Shown piece after piece: positions 15,936-24,963 of a stretch of 40,858 nucleotides of DNA. The translations under genes and the position numbers were made by a program. The notes beneath the pieces are model-generated. The model did no database searches, was not told the DNA's origin, and saw nothing but the letters and a program-made list of their open reading frames with translations. Positions within the stretch are counted from its first letter, which is position 1, and every line of letters begins with the position of its first letter. Origin of the DNA: an uncultured Syntrophomonadaceae bacterium (GTDB lineage Bacteria; Bacillota; Dethiobacteria; DTU022); NCBI GenBank assembly GCA_964592135.1, contig CAZQEV010000002.1, forward strand, positions 1 to 40,858, written 5' to 3'.

Positions 15936-18900
15936 GTGGCTGAAAAAAAAGTCCCGCTGGGTGATTTTCAGAAAAGCACCCCTAAAAAAAGCAAAGAGAT
16001 TCGTCTGTTTAATTTAAAAATTAACCGTAAAACTATCAAGGTTACTTTTCTGCCGATCCTGATCCTCATTGCAGTTGTCGGGCTCGTTGGCGCAGGCATC
16101 CTGATCAGCTACGCCGCTTCGGCACCCCCCCTGGATCCGGCAGCACTGGAGACTGTAGAAGCATCATACATTATCGATAGGGAAGACCGGGAGATAGCTC
16201 AGCTGCATGCTGCGGAAAACCGGGTGATCATCCCCATCGATGAAATCCCGGAACAGCTTCAGAAGGCTTTTATCGCCATAGAGGACGAGCGTTTTGAAAA
16301 ACACAGCGGAATCGACATAATGGGGTTCGGCCGCGCCATTCTGGTCAATATCCGTGACCGCAGTTTCTCACAGGGCGCCAGCACGATTACCCAGCAGCTG
16401 ATCCGTAATACCATACTGGGCAAGGAAAAAAGGATCAAGCGCAAGGTGCAGGAAATGTGGCTGGCCCTGAAACTGGAGATGAAGTACAGCAAGCCGGAGA
16501 TCCTGGAGATGTATCTCAACCGGATCTGCTTCGGCCATGCCGTCTACGGGGTGGAGGCGGCTGCCCGCTACTACCTGGACAAGAGCGTGGGCGAGCTAAA
16601 CCTGGCCGAGTCAGCCCTGCTGGCGGGAGTCGTGCGGCTGCCCGCATATGACAACCCCTTCGACAACGAAGAGGGCGCCGTCAACCGGATGAAGCTGGTG
16701 CTCGCCAATATGAGGCGCCTCAATTATATCAATAAGACCGAATACGAAGAGGCCCTTGCGGCGGAGCTTGTTTTTGCCGAACCGAGAACCTTCGCCTATC
16801 CCTACCCCTATTTCATCGACTACGTCGTCCACTACGAACTCGTTGATATTCTAAAGAACATGCCCGAATTCGGATCCGTCGAAGAAGCCTACGAGGCTAT
16901 CTATAACGGCGGGTTCAAAGTTTACACCACGCTGAATACGGATTACCAGTCACAGGTGGAAGAGGTGCTCAACCGCGCCGATCTTTACCCCAGGACCATC
17001 TATATCGATATAATGAAACTCCGTGAGGCAGTCAGCGCCAACAACGGGCAGCTGCCCTCCGATTATCCCGACGCCTATATCGACGAGGAAAAGGGGATCC
17101 CCCAACCGCAGTCGGCGCTGGTTCTGGCCGATCCGAAAAGCGGAGAACTCCTGGCCCTGGGCGGCGGCCGGGAGTACAGCAAAAATCGCAATGAACTGCT
17201 GCGCTACCTCAGCGCCCGTCAGCCCGGCTCAGCCATCAAACCGATAATCGCCTATGCACCCTCTTTTGAGGAAGGGCTTTTAGGCGCCGGATCTGCTCTT
17301 GATGACGCGCCGCTGATCGGTCCGCAGGGCTGGCGCCCGGAAAACTACGCCAGGAATTTCCTGGGGATGGTCACCGCCCGCCAGGCTCTCTCCTGGTCCT
17401 ACAACATTCCGGCGATCAGGGCTTACACGGAGCATATCGGCCTGGAAAAGGGAGCGGAGAAAGCTTACCAGATGGGCATCTCCACCTACAACCCCCGGGA
17501 AAGCACACCGGTGCCGAGCTGGGCGATAGGCTCCCGCGAGGTAACCGCACTGGACATGGCCCAGGCTTTCGGCGTCCTCGCCAACAATGGGGTCAAGATA
17601 AAGGTTCATACCGTGCGGAGAATCGAGGATCGCAACGGGAAATCAATCTATGAATACCAGGCCGAACCGGAACAGGTTCTTTCCCCCGAAGCGGCCTTCA
17701 TCACCACCAGCATTCTCCAGGATGTCGTCACCTCGACTACAGCGAGAGGCCTCTCGGGGATGGGCCGTCCCCTGGCCGCCAAGACCGGGACCACCGATGA
17801 TGCCCGTGACATCTACCTGGCAACCTATGCACCCAACCTGGTCGCTACATTCTGGATGGGCTATGACATCAAGGATATGGGGAAAATTGTTAATGGGTGG
17901 AATTACTCCTCAGGCCTGATGAAAGTGGTTTTCAACGAGGTCTTCAAGACGCTGCCCCAGGAAAGTTTTCCCCCACCCCCACCGGGCGTGGTCCGGGTGG
18001 AGGTATGCACAAAATCAGGGCTTCTGCCTACCGATGAATGCCGGGCGGCGGGAACGGTGAAATCCGATTACTTCCTGAAGAACCATGTGCCCCGGCTGCC
18101 CTGCGATATGCATGTCCTCGTCGATATCTGCCAGGTATCGGGGCTGCTGGCAGGAGAATTCTGTCCCGAAGATCAGGTGACGCAGGTACCCTATTTTAAC
18201 AGGCCGGAGTACATTATCACCGACGGGGGCTGGAGTGGTGGAGCCGGAAGGGGGCCGCTGGACGCTGCGGAGTCGCCGCCGGAAGAAGTGTGCAATGTGC
18301 ATACTGAGCATGCGGGAACCTTTACCTCCTTTAGCGCCGCTCTCAGTAAGAATAATGAGGTAAAACTGACCTGGAGCTACAGCGGCGGTCTGCTCAAGGA
18401 GTTCGAGCTGTACCGCCAGGTTATTAACGGCAATGGGAATGAAGCGCAGTTTGTCGCCACGCTGGGCAGCGGGGCGACCACTTACACGGACAAAAATGTG
18501 CAGGCAGGCTCAACCTATGTTTACACCATCTACGCAGTGGGCGAACATGATCTCCGCACAGGACCGGCTACATCGGGAGAGATTACCGTGCCTGATTCGA
18601 AGTCTAAACTCGGCGCACCGAAGAATTTACAGGCGGAGGATCCTGTGAAGATCGCTGAGGGCCAGTACAGGGTTAAACTCACCTGGCAGGCTGCGGACTG
18701 GAAATTTGGAGACCCGGCGCCAACACATTACAAAATATATCGCAACGGCAGTTCCATTGCCGAAACCCTGCTTACGAAAACATCCTATGAAGATGAAAAG
18801 CTGGAGCACGGAGGGACTTACGAATATTATGTCACAGCATACAGTTCCCTCACAGGTGAAGAGTCGGCTAAGAGCAATACTGTTAAATTTACCGTAAACG

Positions 18901-19016
18901 ATGGAGAACCCGGCGAAGAGACTGAAGGAAGAGCACCGGGCATCACCGGGTGGCTGCGCAATATTCTTGCAGCCTGCTTTTTTCGCCTGACCGTCATGCT
19001 GCAGGGGGTGCACTAA
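15936..19016 (+). CDS. class A penicillin-binding protein (glycosyltransferase plus transpeptidase) with two C-terminal Fn3 domains
   Basis: GT51 motifs are AFIAIEDERF and GASTITQQL. Transpeptidase motifs are SAIKP, SWSYN and KTGTT. CxxSG/CP repeats are followed by two Fn3-like repeats. The start is moved to GTG 15936 after GAGAGGAGG, because the track's first 31 codons cover the promoter region. Confidence 0.9.
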   Translation: MAEKKVPLGDFQKSTPKKSKEIRLFNLKINRKTIKVTFLPILILIAVVGLVGAGILISYAASAPPLDPAALETVEASYIIDREDREIAQLHAAENRVIIPIDEIPEQLQKAFIAIEDERFEKHSGIDIMGFGRAILVNIRDRSFSQGASTITQQLIRNTILGKEKRIKRKVQEMWLALKLEMKYSKPEILEMYLNRICFGHAVYGVEAAARYYLDKSVGELNLAESALLAGVVRLPAYDNPFDNEEGAVNRMKLVLANMRRLNYINKTEYEEALAAELVFAEPRTFAYPYPYFIDYVVHYELVDILKNMPEFGSVEEAYEAIYNGGFKVYTTLNTDYQSQVEEVLNRADLYPRTIYIDIMKLREAVSANNGQLPSDYPDAYIDEEKGIPQPQSALVLADPKSGELLALGGGREYSKNRNELLRYLSARQPGSAIKPIIAYAPSFEEGLLGAGSALDDAPLIGPQGWRPENYARNFLGMVTARQALSWSYNIPAIRAYTEHIGLEKGAEKAYQMGISTYNPRESTPVPSWAIGSREVTALDMAQAFGVLANNGVKIKVHTVRRIEDRNGKSIYEYQAEPEQVLSPEAAFITTSILQDVVTSTTARGLSGMGRPLAAKTGTTDDARDIYLATYAPNLVATFWMGYDIKDMGKIVNGWNYSSGLMKVVFNEVFKTLPQESFPPPPPGVVRVEVCTKSGLLPTDECRAAGTVKSDYFLKNHVPRLPCDMHVLVDICQVSGLLAGEFCPEDQVTQVPYFNRPEYIITDGGWSGGAGRGPLDAAESPPEEVCNVHTEHAGTFTSFSAALSKNNEVKLTWSYSGGLLKEFELYRQVINGNGNEAQFVATLGSGATTYTDKNVQAGSTYVYTIYAVGEHDLRTGPATSGEITVPDSKSKLGAPKNLQAEDPVKIAEGQYRVKLTWQAADWKFGDPAPTHYKIYRNGSSIAETLLTKTSYEDEKLEHGGTYEYYVTAYSSLTGEESAKSNTVKFTVNDGEPGEETEGRAPGITGWLRNILAACFFRLTVMLQGVH

Positions 19017-19087
19017 GATACCGCTGCGCCTCTTGCACCGCGGTGAGGAGGATGGATGAAGCGTCTGATGCTTGGAGGAGATAGAAT

Positions 19088-21019
19088 ATGGCTGAACAGG
19101 TTGCTGCAGAAGAGATTGCCGCCCTGGTGACCCCCTCTCCCGGACTCTCCCCGGAAAAACCCCTTTATCTCACCGGCAACGAATACCTCTCCCTGCCCGA
19201 GATCGGCGCCGGGGGCGAGATCAAGTCGATCAATGTGCTGCATATGGGCGCCCGCGGTCTGCTCGAGTTCAGAGGCACGGCGGATCAACCGCTGCTGGCC
19301 CCCTTTATCACCGTTGACGGTAAAGAGGCGCTTTGCCCGGGCAGCCTCTCCTGGAGCTACTGCCATGACTGGATTCCCTGCTTTGAAGTGTACGCCGCCG
19401 GCCGCTACACCATCGAAGGCGACATTTTTGCCCCGCCGGGGCATCGCGGCTGCTGCTGCCGGCTGCGCCTGACCAACCTTTCGAACATCCCCCTTGTAGT
19501 CGAGATGGGCTGGCGCGGCTGTTGGAGTGAGTTCAACCACCTCATCTTCAGCAGCAGGCCGGTAACGGGCGAACGGGTCGTTGAATATAACAGTTGGACA
19601 GGCAGCCTGGTTCTGGAGGCGCGCAGCGGCCTCCCCCTGGCCGCGCTGGCACTGGCCCTCACTGCGGAGCATGAAAAAGAGGAACGCCCTTCCTGGGATT
19701 TCCGGAGCCCTCCCCGAAAGCCTGCTTCCTATCAAGGAACGATCCGGATGGAGGCGACTCCCGGCAGCAGCTGTCTCCTGACCCTTTATGCAGCCGTCAA
19801 CCTCGAAGCCGACGGCGCCGGAACCACCGCCATGGATTTGAAACGGCACGGCGGCGCAGCGCTGGCCCTGGAAACAGAGCGGCAGCTGGCGGAGCGGCGG
19901 ATTGATCTGCCCGACAGCGCTGCAGCCGCGGCCCTGAACCGCAACCTTTTCTTTAACTATTTTTACGCTCTGGGCCGTGCGCTGGACGATGACTCCCTTG
20001 TTCCCGTAACCTCGCGCAGTCCCCGCTACTACGTCAGCGCCGCCTACTGGAGCCGGGACACTCTATTGTGGAGTTTCCCCGGGCTGCTGCTGGCGGACAA
20101 AGCCGCCTCCCGTGAGCTGCTGCTGACTGTATTCCACCGCCACCTGGCCCGGGCCGGCGAGCATGCCCACTATATCAACGGCGTCCTGCTCTATCCAGGT
20201 TTCGAGATGGACCAGCTGGCCGCCCACTTCCTGGCCCTTGAGCGCTACGAAAGCGTTACCGGCGACCTGACACTTCTCGATGAGAAGATCATCTGCCGCG
20301 GTCTGAAGCTGCTGACTGAAAAAGCACTGGAACAGTTTGATCCCGCGAGCGGACTGTACCGCACCTTTCTCGATCCCTCCGACGACCCCGTGCTCTATCC
20401 TTTTCTGATCTACGACAACGCTCTTCTGCAGTGTGCCTTCGCTTACCTTGCGGATCTGCAGTCGGCAGGGCGCTGGGATAACCCCGCAGATTTTGCCGGG
20501 CTGGCTCTGGCGCTGCAGCAGGAGATCTACCGGCACGGCACTGTCAAGGGGCCCGGCGGGATTATGTTCGCCTGGGCGGTGGACGGTAAAGGGCGGTTCC
20601 AGCTATATGACAACCCACCCGGCAGCCTGCAGCTGCTTGCTTTTTACGGTTTTTGCTCTCTCAAAGAGCGGATTTTCCGGAATACTGTGGCCTGGATCCG
20701 TTCCCCGAACAACCCCCATTTTCATAGAGATAGCCCCTTTTCCGAAGCAGGGTCTCTCCATGCCCCGAATCCGTGGCCGCTGGCCGCATGTAACGATATC
20801 CTTGCCTGCAACGAGGGCGGCAATGATTTTCTGCTGCGCGCATCCATGGACAACGGTTTTTGCTGCGAGACCGTTGACCCCGAAACCGGAGAGGCCGCCA
20901 CAGGAGCGGCTTTCGCCTCGGCAGCCGGTTTTCTGGCCCATGCTCTCTGGTGGAGCAACTGTAAAATATCCGCCGCCGGCTTTGCAGAGGCCGGTCCCGA
21001 TGAAAAGCCGTCACTCTAA
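19088..21019 (+). CDS. GH125-like (DUF1237-type, alpha/alpha-6 barrel) glycoside hydrolase with an N-terminal extension of roughly 290 aa
   Basis: The C-terminal ~350 aa carry the GH125 block order. YVSAAYWSRDTLLW compares with TGDIPAMWLRDS. FEMDQLAAHFLALERY compares with ELDSLCYP. LDPSDDPVLYPFLIYDNA compares with RPSDD..Y.YLIPSNM. DNPPGSLQLLAFYGF compares with DDANVPSLLSLPYLG. NPHFH...GSLHAPNPWPLA compares with NPYYY..GIGSPHTP..IWP. RBS is GGAGGAG. Confidence 0.55.
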   Translation: MAEQVAAEEIAALVTPSPGLSPEKPLYLTGNEYLSLPEIGAGGEIKSINVLHMGARGLLEFRGTADQPLLAPFITVDGKEALCPGSLSWSYCHDWIPCFEVYAAGRYTIEGDIFAPPGHRGCCCRLRLTNLSNIPLVVEMGWRGCWSEFNHLIFSSRPVTGERVVEYNSWTGSLVLEARSGLPLAALALALTAEHEKEERPSWDFRSPPRKPASYQGTIRMEATPGSSCLLTLYAAVNLEADGAGTTAMDLKRHGGAALALETERQLAERRIDLPDSAAAAALNRNLFFNYFYALGRALDDDSLVPVTSRSPRYYVSAAYWSRDTLLWSFPGLLLADKAASRELLLTVFHRHLARAGEHAHYINGVLLYPGFEMDQLAAHFLALERYESVTGDLTLLDEKIICRGLKLLTEKALEQFDPASGLYRTFLDPSDDPVLYPFLIYDNALLQCAFAYLADLQSAGRWDNPADFAGLALALQQEIYRHGTVKGPGGIMFAWAVDGKGRFQLYDNPPGSLQLLAFYGFCSLKERIFRNTVAWIRSPNNPHFHRDSPFSEAGSLHAPNPWPLAACNDILACNEGGNDFLLRASMDNGFCCETVDPETGEAATGAAFASAAGFLAHALWWSNCKISAAGFAEAGPDEKPSL

Positions 21020-21107
21020 AAAAGGAAAAAAAGGAAAAGCGGACTTTTTCACGAAAAGGAAGAAGTGAAGAGACTTTAATCTATTTTTAAGAAAGGGGAT
21101 CTGATAG

Positions 21108-22430
21108 ATGGTTAAGAAACTGCCTGGCTGGGGCAAGCTGGCCTACGGCATCGGCGCCGGAGGCTTCAGTCTCATCGACCGGGTTATGATCAGCTTCTTG
21201 ATGCATTACTATCTGATCAAACCCATAAGGGGAGAGGAACCTCTGGTCGCCCCCCTTGCTTTCGGTGTTGTCATGTTTCTGGGCCGCGTTGTTGATGCTG
21301 TCGCCGACCCTGTCATCGCCCGCTGGTCCGACAACCACGGCGGTCGGCTGGGCCGCCGCATCCCTTTCATGCTTTACAGCGGCGTCCTCTATGTCGCGGT
21401 CTTTATCGCTCTCTTCTATCCTCCTGTAGCGGGCGAATCAACACTTAACAGCGTCTACCTGACCCTGATGCTGGGACTCTATTTTGCCTTATTCACAGTT
21501 TATGTCTGTCCATACCTGGCCCTGCTGCCCGAAGTGGCCCGCACAAACAAGGACCGCGTTGATCTGGCCACCTGGAAAGCTGTCTTCAGCATTGTCGGCG
21601 TTGCTGTCGCTCTTGTTGCGGGAGGTATGCTCATTGATGCTGCAGGTGTTTACAGCATGATCTGGATCATGGGCGGAATCGGCCTGGTCATGCTCTACAT
21701 TCCCATGTTCATCCGGGAGAAGGACTATGCCGAATCCGAACCGGCCACATTAGGGCTGCTGGATGCCCTGAAGACCACTTTTCAGAACCGCCCTTTCTTG
21801 ATCTACCTGGCCGGCAATGTCACCTTCTGGCTCGGCTTCAACATCGTTACCCTGAATATCGCCCCCTACGTCACAGTTCTGCTGGGGGAGGATGAGGGCG
21901 CTGTGGCCATTTATTTTGGTCTGGCCATGGGTATTGCCCTGCTCTGCTTCCCCCTGGTGAACATCTTCTCGAAGAAGTTCGGCCTGAAAGCAGTGATGCT
22001 TTTCTCATTAATTCTTTTTGCTATCCTGCTGCCGGGGATCTACTTCCTGGGCCAGTCTCCCTTCGGACTGAGTCCGCAGATCTTCGCCTATGTTCTGATG
22101 GGGCTCATAGGAATCCCGGTGTCATCCATTTTCGTGGTTCCTGACGCCATAGTCGCCGCCGTCTCCGATCTGGAAGAAAAGCTCTCGGGACAGCGCCGTG
22201 AGGCCATGTATTTCGGCGCCCAGGGCTTTATCCTGAAACTGGCGTTGGGACTGTCCACGGTGATCACCACGGCTCTTCTGCATTTCTTCGGCGGCAGTAT
22301 GGCACAGCCCCTGGGCGTTCAGCTAACAGGACCTGTAGCCGCTCTTTTCATTGTTATCGGGGTGATCATCTTCTCCCGCTATCCCGAAAGAGAAGTAACC
22401 TCCTACGAGCAGAGAACAATCGGGGCCTGA
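21108..22430 (+). CDS. GPH-family (glycoside-pentoside-hexuronide:cation) symporter, MFS superfamily
   Basis: 440 aa with about 12 TM helices. The GPH signature is GRVVDAVADPVIARWSDNHGGRLGRRIPF. Confidence 0.8.
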   Translation: MVKKLPGWGKLAYGIGAGGFSLIDRVMISFLMHYYLIKPIRGEEPLVAPLAFGVVMFLGRVVDAVADPVIARWSDNHGGRLGRRIPFMLYSGVLYVAVFIALFYPPVAGESTLNSVYLTLMLGLYFALFTVYVCPYLALLPEVARTNKDRVDLATWKAVFSIVGVAVALVAGGMLIDAAGVYSMIWIMGGIGLVMLYIPMFIREKDYAESEPATLGLLDALKTTFQNRPFLIYLAGNVTFWLGFNIVTLNIAPYVTVLLGEDEGAVAIYFGLAMGIALLCFPLVNIFSKKFGLKAVMLFSLILFAILLPGIYFLGQSPFGLSPQIFAYVLMGLIGIPVSSIFVVPDAIVAAVSDLEEKLSGQRREAMYFGAQGFILKLALGLSTVITTALLHFFGGSMAQPLGVQLTGPVAALFIVIGVIIFSRYPEREVTSYEQRTIGA

Positions 22431-22448
22431 CGCTTTTCAGTTAAGCGG

Positions 22449-22491
22449 AAAGTTACTTACATCGGCGCCTGGCACCGATGTAAGTAACTTT
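22449..22491. terminator. bidirectional terminator hairpin between convergent genes
   Basis: A 17-bp perfect stem, AAAGTTACTTACATCGG / CCGATGTAAGTAACTTT, encloses a 9-nt loop. It lies between the stops at 22430 (+) and 22496 (-). Confidence 0.7.
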
Positions 22492-22495
22492 GGGA

Positions 22496-23566
22496 CTAAT
22501 TGGCAGAGCCGCGGTACACAGCGGGAAAATAGCGCCGGTAGAGGGCGAGGTTGCTGTCGCGCCAGGGATGATCGCGGCGCAATTCTCGCAGCGCCTCCAG
22601 GTCGATCTCGGCCAGGGCGATCCCCTCTTTTAGCGGCGACTCCACTTCGGCCAGCACGCCGCTGTTGTCGAAAGTAAGCTCCACAGGCGCGTAAATCCCC
22701 GCCCGGCCTGTGAATTCAAAGCCCAGCAGGCTTCCCACCAGTGCGCTTTTGATCCCGTAAAGAGGGCATTCCTGGACCCGCGGCCAGATCCCGCGCAAGG
22801 CCAGCCAGTAATTGTAGGGTTCAGGATTGGCAATGGGAAGAACTGCGATCTCCGCTCCTTTAAGTTCAAGGATGCGGAAAGTCTCGTAATAGGTTGCATC
22901 CATGCACACCGGTGCGGCGATCATGCCCGCGCCGGTCTCGAAAACGTTGAATTCCCTGCCGGCGGATATTCCCCACTCTACCTCGATAGGCATGAGGTGC
23001 ACCTTGTCCTGTGTCCCGATAAGGCTGCCGTCGGGACCGTAAAGAAAAGAGCGGTTAACCACTTTGTCGCCCTCGGGCAGCAGAAAACTGCCGGCCATGA
23101 TGTAGAGGCCGTAAGCGGCGGCCAGAGTTGAATATAGAGTCTGCAGGAACGGGGCCATCACCGGGCCGGCATAGCGGATCACATCGGCAACGCTGATCTC
23201 CGGAGCACCGCCTCCGGCAGGCGGCTTTCCCCCTTCTTCAACAGAAACAGCGCCCCCCATCTCCTCCACCCCCGGGAGCATACCCAGCAGAGAAAGGTTG
23301 TTGTCTTCGGGAAAGGCCACGAGCTGCGCCCCGGCAGAAAAGGCCTCTTCAACGCGGCGGTGCGCCTCCACCGCATAGTCCAGGGGCTCTTTGAAAAGCC
23401 TGATCTCCACCTGCAGCGCAGCAACTTTAAGACGGCGGCCTGCGGGCGGAGGAGCGGCTTTTCCTTCATTGATCAGAGTGGAGAGCTTTTTTCTGAGCCG
23501 CGCCGGCCGGCAGATCCAGTAAAGATAGCGCCGGTAAAGTCTTTCTTTCCATCCGTCAAGCGCCAT
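22496..23566 (-). CDS. carbon-nitrogen hydrolase (nitrilase superfamily) protein, catalytic triad intact
   Basis: Start is placed at MALDGW, where AAGGAGG lies 8 nt upstream. The Glu is in LVAFPED, the Lys in QDKVHL and the Cys in APVCMDATYYE. The track's 54-codon N-terminal extension overlaps the upstream gene and is rejected. Confidence 0.8.
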   Translation of the reverse strand: MALDGWKERLYRRYLYWICRPARLRKKLSTLINEGKAAPPPAGRRLKVAALQVEIRLFKEPLDYAVEAHRRVEEAFSAGAQLVAFPEDNNLSLLGMLPGVEEMGGAVSVEEGGKPPAGGGAPEISVADVIRYAGPVMAPFLQTLYSTLAAAYGLYIMAGSFLLPEGDKVVNRSFLYGPDGSLIGTQDKVHLMPIEVEWGISAGREFNVFETGAGMIAAPVCMDATYYETFRILELKGAEIAVLPIANPEPYNYWLALRGIWPRVQECPLYGIKSALVGSLLGFEFTGRAGIYAPVELTFDNSGVLAEVESPLKEGIALAEIDLEALRELRRDHPWRDSNLALYRRYFPAVYRGSAN

Positions 23567-23612
23567 ATTTAAACCTCCTTCTTTTCCCGACCCTGTAACC
23601 CGGACCGCAGTT

Positions 23613-24473
23613 TTAGCGGTAGAGCTCCGGCAAGAGACCCCGGTAGGCTTCCGGCTGAAGTAGTCCCAGCAAAGGGTAATCGCTTTTGATTCTCCGGCGG
23701 TCCGCTTCAACAAGTTCCGCCAGGGCATAGGGTTTTGCGGCAGCTTCGCGATCCAGGTAACCTGTCAAGCCGGCGGTCACCTCGCAGGGGCCGACAACAG
23801 CACACTGCGCACCGAAAGAACGGCTGCAGATGCTCCCCTTGAGCTGGGCCTCAACAGCCCAAAACTGGTTCTGCTGCACCTGGGCCCAGATCCCCGCCGG
23901 CTGGGCCGCACCTTCAGGGCCGGCTGTAAGAGCACCGCAATGAGCGATGAGATCGGCGCCTTCCAGAGCCAGAATGCGCCCCACCTCGGGATGGCGGGCG
24001 TCGGCGCCCACAATGAGTCCTGTTTTCATCCCCTCCACATCGAAAAGATGCAGCTCTTGGCCCCTGCTCAGACCCAGAGCGCGCTCTTCGCGGCTGAGAT
24101 GGGTCTGGCGCTGCCGGCCGCAGATCGCGCCCTCCGGTCCGAAACAGTAGGATGTATGGAAGAACCGTCCGCCCTCCTCCTCCACCGTTGTCCCCGCCAC
24201 CAGGTACAGCTTATTTTCCCGGGCCAGGGTCCTGTGCAGATGCAGGTATTTTTCATTCCATCCAGCGGACTCTTTCAAGAAAAGTCTGTAGCAGCGGAGA
24301 AAATCACCTCTTTCTTCAACAGGACGCCCCGCTGTGTAAAGAAGAAAAGAGGAATAAGCCGGTAAAACAGCCAGCCCGATCTGCAGCTTCTCGAAGAGCG
24401 TAGTCAGAGCGGCGGTGTAATCCCCGGGGGACACCACCGCTATTCCGTCAAGAGAAAATGCAGCAACCCTCAT
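23613..24473 (-). CDS. carbon-nitrogen hydrolase-like paralogue lacking the catalytic Glu, Lys and Cys (probable pseudoenzyme)
   Basis: It aligns without gaps to the downstream paralogue across the Lys and Cys blocks. LAVLPAY shows Glu to Ala, RQRQTHL shows Lys to Gln and LIVGADARHPE shows Cys to Gly. Both proteins share a C-terminal ...YR motif. RBS is GGGAGGCGG. Confidence 0.7.
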   Translation of the reverse strand: MRVAAFSLDGIAVVSPGDYTAALTTLFEKLQIGLAVLPAYSSFLLYTAGRPVEERGDFLRCYRLFLKESAGWNEKYLHLHRTLARENKLYLVAGTTVEEEGGRFFHTSYCFGPEGAICGRQRQTHLSREERALGLSRGQELHLFDVEGMKTGLIVGADARHPEVGRILALEGADLIAHCGALTAGPEGAAQPAGIWAQVQQNQFWAVEAQLKGSICSRSFGAQCAVVGPCEVTAGLTGYLDREAAAKPYALAELVEADRRRIKSDYPLLGLLQPEAYRGLLPELYR

Positions 24474-24654
24474 TAAAGATCCGCCTCCCTGTCATGTTCT
24501 AACTTCCAAACGCAGCCCGCTTTCCTGCTGTTAATTTCTTCATTCCGCCCCTAATTCCTTTAGGGGATCAGGGCCGGCAGCTGCACAAAAAGCGGTTGGG
24601 AGCAGAATGCAGAATGGGGCGGATCATTTCCCGGGAAAGTATAAAAAGAGGATC

Positions 24655-24686
24655 AAAAAAGGCCTCTTCACTACCGCACAGAGGCC
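24655..24686 (-). terminator. rho-independent terminator after the small membrane protein genes
   Basis: The minus-strand RNA folds as GGCCUCU-12 nt loop-AGAGGCC followed by UUUUUU, 33 nt after the stop at 24719. Confidence 0.7.
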
Positions 24687-24718
24687 CCGGGTTCTTTTCT
24701 AATCAGATTGACGAATTT

Positions 24719-24898
24719 TCAGGATTGCACATCTACGTGCCTGTGAGCAAACAGGTAATAAACATTGTAGCCGGCAACAATCAATCCCAGAACCAGGTTG
24801 TTCCAGGCCAGTGTAGACGACGTCAGGATGTTGGTCACATTAGCCAGGGCCAGCCAGAGGCCGACCACAATATGGATAACGTGAAAGGTGGTCATCAT
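24719..24898 (-). CDS. small two-TM membrane protein (59 aa)
   Basis: Sequence is MMTTFHVIHIVVGLWLALANVTNILTSSTLAWNNLVLGLIVAGYNVYYLFAHRHVDVQS. ATG lies 8 nt after GGAGGG. The track's GTG start sits on the RBS. Confidence 0.55.
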   Translation of the reverse strand: MMTTFHVIHIVVGLWLALANVTNILTSSTLAWNNLVLGLIVAGYNVYYLFAHRHVDVQS

Positions 24899-24963
24899 CT
24901 TTTCCACCCTCCTTTCATGGCGGCTGCCCGGTCCCCTGCAGGGGCTTGAATCTGCATCGCTCC

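Noticed and set aside
19013-19849. 278-aa minus-strand ORF overlapping the 5' third of the GH125-like gene
   Set aside because: The translation is Arg/Gly/Ala-rich and nonsense-like, with no RBS. The plus-strand frame is continuous for 643 aa with native codon usage.
23567-23728. 54-codon upstream extension of the active CN-hydrolase ORF
   Set aside because: It overlaps the 3' end of the upstream paralogue. A strong AAGGAGG RBS sits in front of the internal MALDGW start.
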